Below, one piece after another: positions 60,699-64,000 of a DNA stretch of 64,000 bases (position 1 is its first letter; the number at the start of each line of letters is the position of its first letter). The translations under genes and the position numbers were made by a program. Source of the DNA: a bacterium (GTDB lineage: Bacteria; Bacteroidota; Ignavibacteria; UBA10030). The stretch lies in assembly GCA_043803945.1 (NCBI GenBank), contig JAZDJN010000010.1, forward strand, positions 1 to 64,000, given 5' to 3'. Under the pieces are notes generated by a model that did no database searches, had not been told where the DNA came from, and worked only from the letters and a program-made list of their open reading frames with translations.

Positions 60699-63600
60699 TT
60701 TATCTCCTTTGCTAAGGGCAATGTGAACGTAAAGGTGCTTCCCATGCCATACTCGCTTTCCACGGTGATTGTCCCACCCAAAAGTTCTAATAAGTTTTTG
60801 CAGATGGAAAGTCCTAAGCCCGTCCCTTCGTAGCTTCGAGTCAGACCGGTTTCCATCTGCTGGAACGGCTGGAACAATTTATCTATGTTTTCCGCGCGAA
60901 TGCCGATTCCTGTGTCGCGCACGCTCGTTTCGATCCAACCGTCACGTCCCCGGCAAGTGATATGGATTTCTCCCCGCTCAGTGAACTTGATCGCGTTATT
61001 GATCAGGTTGATGAGAATCTGTTCCACCCGGCGCTGATCGCTGACGATCACTCCGACATCCAATCCAATCTCCATTCTGAGCGAGATACCTTTTTTTTCA
61101 GCGGCGGGCAGCGACGTCTCCACGACGGTTAAGAATATCATTCGAAGATCAAACGGTTTCTTGCTGATCTGAAGTTGTCCGGCTTCAATTTTGGAAATGT
61201 CGAGCACGTCATTAATCAGTTCAAGCAAATGGTGTGCGCTTCCGCTGACCATCGTAAGCTGTTTCGATTGCTCTTCGTTCAACGGTCCCGCCATTCTCTG
61301 GAGAAGGACACTGGAGAATCCGATAATGGAGTTGAGCGGCGTGCGCAATTCGTGTGACATAGCAGCAAGAAACTCCGACTTTATACGGTCGGCATCCTGC
61401 GCATTCTCCATTGCAAGTGTGAGTTCTCTCGTCCGCTCGGCCACGCGCTGTTCGAGCTCTGCATTGAGCCGCTTGAGTCCTTCCTCAGCCTGCTTGCGCT
61501 CGGTGATCACATCAAACACAGCGATAAAATATTCTTTTTGATTACTGTATACAGCGATTGAAAACCACATATCGAGTGTAGGCAAATAACTTTCAAATCG
61601 TTCCGGCTTACCTGTTAAAGCAACTCTACCGTAAAGCTCTAACAATTCCGGGTTAGATTCTTTTATACCGGGAATTACTTCTGAAACTTTTTTTCCGGTA
61701 ACATTTATTAATCCTGTTAGTTCTTCAAATTTGTGGTTGACATCAAGGTAAACAAAATCTTGTGGATGTCCGTCTTCGAATAACATTTTGCAATAGGCAA
61801 AACCTTCCAGCATGTTCTCGAACAGTGAATGGTATTTTTCTTCACTTTCACGAATTGCTTCTTCTGCTTTTTTACGTTCGGTGACATCTTGAAGAACTCC
61901 AAGACTTCCGATAATTTTTCCTTCCTGGTCTTTGATCTGAGACGCGGTATCATTTATCCAACGAATTTCACCGTTTCGTGTCTTAATCTTATAATCAGCA
62001 AGCCAATGTGAACGTTTACCTTCCCTTACTAATTGTCCTGCTTCTTCGATAGTTAATCCCGCACATTCCTCCAACATTATTACTTCCTGTCGAAGTTCCT
62101 TCCATAGCGATGGAATGAATTCTTCGACAGAATACCCTGTGTAATTGATGATATCTTCTCCAATAAAATTATAGAAATCTTCATGATAATATCGAATATA
62201 GGGAACTGCTTTAGCTTGTATAAGAGCCTGCCGGTATTGTTTGTGGGTCTCATCTAAAACTTCTTCCGCCCGCTTGCGCTCGGTGATATCGCGTGCCATT
62301 GCAAAGATCAGCTTTTCATCAACCAATGGATAGGAGCTCCAGGATATCCATTTGTAAGAGCCATCTTTGCAAAGATAACGGTTATCAAAGGTCATGACTG
62401 TTTTACCTTCGGAAAGACCACTTGCAGCGTTTATAGTCGGTTCACGGTCATCAGGATGAACAAACTCAATGTATGGCTTCGACTTGAGTTCTTCATTTTT
62501 CCAGCCAAGAGTCTTTTCCCACGCAGGATTGAGCTGTTTGAAGTACCCGTCAAAACCAGAAATGCTCAGCATATCGATCGAAAGGTTGAACATACGGTCG
62601 CGGTCCATCTCTATCTTCCTACGCTCGGTGATGACTTCTGAGAAGAGAATAATTCCGCTGATTTCATTATTGTGTTCGTACCACGGACGAATTTCCCAGC
62701 GAACCCAGTCTAACTTTCCACTCATACGCGGGAAGGGATCTGCATCAGCTCTTTCCGTTTCTCCCGCCAGACAACGCTTGTGGATTTCTTTCCATCGTTC
62801 GGGAATCTCCGGGAAGATTTCGTAATGAGAACGGCCGACTACGTCCTGTTCGCCTAAGTCATAGTCGATGAGGTAGCGGCGGCTTGCAACAATATACTTC
62901 ATCTCGCTATCAAACATGGCAATAGCTGCCGGTGAATGCTCAACAAAAAGTCTAAGCACAGCCTCGTTTCTTTGAATCGTTTCTTCCGCGCGCTTACGCT
63001 CGGTGATGTCAATGAACGTTGCCAGAAAGTTGTCATCTATTGTGATACCGGAAATAATGATTTCACGAACATTGCCATCCCGACAGGTAACATGATATTC
63101 TTCAGATTCGATATCCGTGCCCGTTTCCGCAGCGCGTTGGACGGCTGACTCCCAATTTTGGACAACCCATTGCCTGTATTGTACTTCGGGATAGGCATTC
63201 GTCCACCATTCGGCGAGGGTTGGAACATCATCATTCGTATAACCGAAAACTTTTATAAACCGCTCGTTTCTGAAAGTAATCACTCCGTCTTTGTTCACAT
63301 AGCAAAGAGGTAATGGTGTACTTTCCAGGAGCTTCCGAAACTTCCCTTCGCTTTCACGTAGCGCTTCTACCGCTTGTTGCCGTTTCTTTTCCGTTTCGAT
63401 TGTTTCAAGTGCAAACGAAATATCGTTGGTTACTTCATCCAACAATTTAATTTCTTCCTGATCGAAGAAATGCGGTGTATGTGCGTAAATACTAAAAGCA
63501 CCAATTACTTTTCCAAAGAGTTTTATCGGTAATGCAATCGAAGAACGATACCCCCGCTTTAATGCTTCATCTTTCCATGGTGCCATACGCTGGTCGTTTT

Positions 63601-64000
63601 CAATATCTTCGCATACAAAATGTTTTCCTTCTCTTATTGCTGTTCCTGTTGGTCCGCGTCCTTCAGGAACATCGCTAATGGAAATCTTCCTAATCTTTGT
63701 GAGATAACCATCTTCAACTCCAGCGAACGTTACGGGGTAAACATATTTTGTCCCTTCATCAACTAAACCGAGCCATGCCATCTGGAATTTTCCGTATTCA
63801 ATAGCTATTCGGCAAGTTTCCTCGAAAAGTTTATCTCTATCGCGTATTCGAACAATCGCTTGGTTGATCTGACTGATAACTGCATACACACGATTGGCTT
63901 TAAGGATTTTTTCTTCGGCTTGATTGAGTTCGATTACACGTTGTTCCAGATCGGCGGCGTAGCGCTGAGTGGATTCGTACAGCCGAGCATTCTCGATTGC
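60695..64000 (-). CDS. Multi-GAF/PAS sensor histidine kinase (5' end outside the window)
   Basis: Frame is open to the window edge (AIENARLY...); GAF, five PAS, MSHELRTPLN H-box, NNAIKFT and GTGLGL boxes. Confidence 0.94.
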   Translation of the reverse strand, partial: AIENARLYESTQRYAADLEQRVIELNQAEEKILKANRVYAVISQINQAIVRIRDRDKLFEETCRIAIEYGKFQMAWLGLVDEGTKYVYPVTFAGVEDGYLTKIRKISISDVPEGRGPTGTAIREGKHFVCEDIENDQRMAPWKDEALKRGYRSSIALPIKLFGKVIGAFSIYAHTPHFFDQEEIKLLDEVTNDISFALETIETEKKRQQAVEALRESEGKFRKLLESTPLPLCYVNKDGVITFRNERFIKVFGYTNDDVPTLAEWWTNAYPEVQYRQWVVQNWESAVQRAAETGTDIESEEYHVTCRDGNVREIIISGITIDDNFLATFIDITERKRAEETIQRNEAVLRLFVEHSPAAIAMFDSEMKYIVASRRYLIDYDLGEQDVVGRSHYEIFPEIPERWKEIHKRCLAGETERADADPFPRMSGKLDWVRWEIRPWYEHNNEISGIILFSEVITERRKIEMDRDRMFNLSIDMLSISGFDGYFKQLNPAWEKTLGWKNEELKSKPYIEFVHPDDREPTINAASGLSEGKTVMTFDNRYLCKDGSYKWISWSSYPLVDEKLIFAMARDITERKRAEEVLDETHKQYRQALIQAKAVPYIRYYHEDFYNFIGEDIINYTGYSVEEFIPSLWKELRQEVIMLEECAGLTIEEAGQLVREGKRSHWLADYKIKTRNGEIRWINDTASQIKDQEGKIIGSLGVLQDVTERKKAEEAIRESEEKYHSLFENMLEGFAYCKMLFEDGHPQDFVYLDVNHKFEELTGLINVTGKKVSEVIPGIKESNPELLELYGRVALTGKPERFESYLPTLDMWFSIAVYSNQKEYFIAVFDVITERKQAEEGLKRLNAELEQRVAERTRELTLAMENAQDADRIKSEFLAAMSHELRTPLNSIIGFSSVLLQRMAGPLNEEQSKQLTMVSGSAHHLLELINDVLDISKIEAGQLQISKKPFDLRMIFLTVVETSLPAAEKKGISLRMEIGLDVGVIVSDQRRVEQILINLINNAIKFTERGEIHITCRGRDGWIETSVRDTGIGIRAENIDKLFQPFQQMETGLTRSYEGTGLGLSICKNLLELLGGTITVESEYGMGSTFTFTLPLAKEIK

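Overview
Window from a genome that looks like Ignavibacteria or a related FCB lineage (inferred from T9SS 'QNYPNPFNP' sorting domains, ribosomal gene order and many TTG/GTG starts). From left to right it holds: (1) an IS21-family end inserted into a decayed Rrf2 / 4Fe-4S / hemerythrin locus; (2) a five-gene organic-acid cluster (homoisocitrate-type dehydrogenase, HMG-CoA-lyase-family enzyme, class III CoA-transferase, LeuC/LeuD-like hydratase) with no condensing synthase; (3) two tandem three-gene secreted cassettes with conserved ends and unrelated middles, each encoding a long stalk protein with a C39-like peptidase or lytic-transglycosylase-like tip, a cognate partner with a helical C-terminal module, and a stand-alone T9SS-CTD protein; (4) engB and the full alpha/spc/S10/str/rpoBC/L11 supercluster with three tRNAs, in which fusA carries a frameshift; (5) about 2 kb without clear genes; (6) a signal-transduction cluster with truncated REC-DHp proteins and PAS/GAF hybrid kinases. 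The best candidates for an undescribed system are the cassettes at 7.5-17.4 kb (possible polymorphic toxin/immunity/T9SS-adaptor system with a poly(A)-spacer promoter) and the synthase-less homocitrate/citramalate-type cluster at 1.9-7.4 kb. All calls come from reading the sequence by eye; no searches were run.
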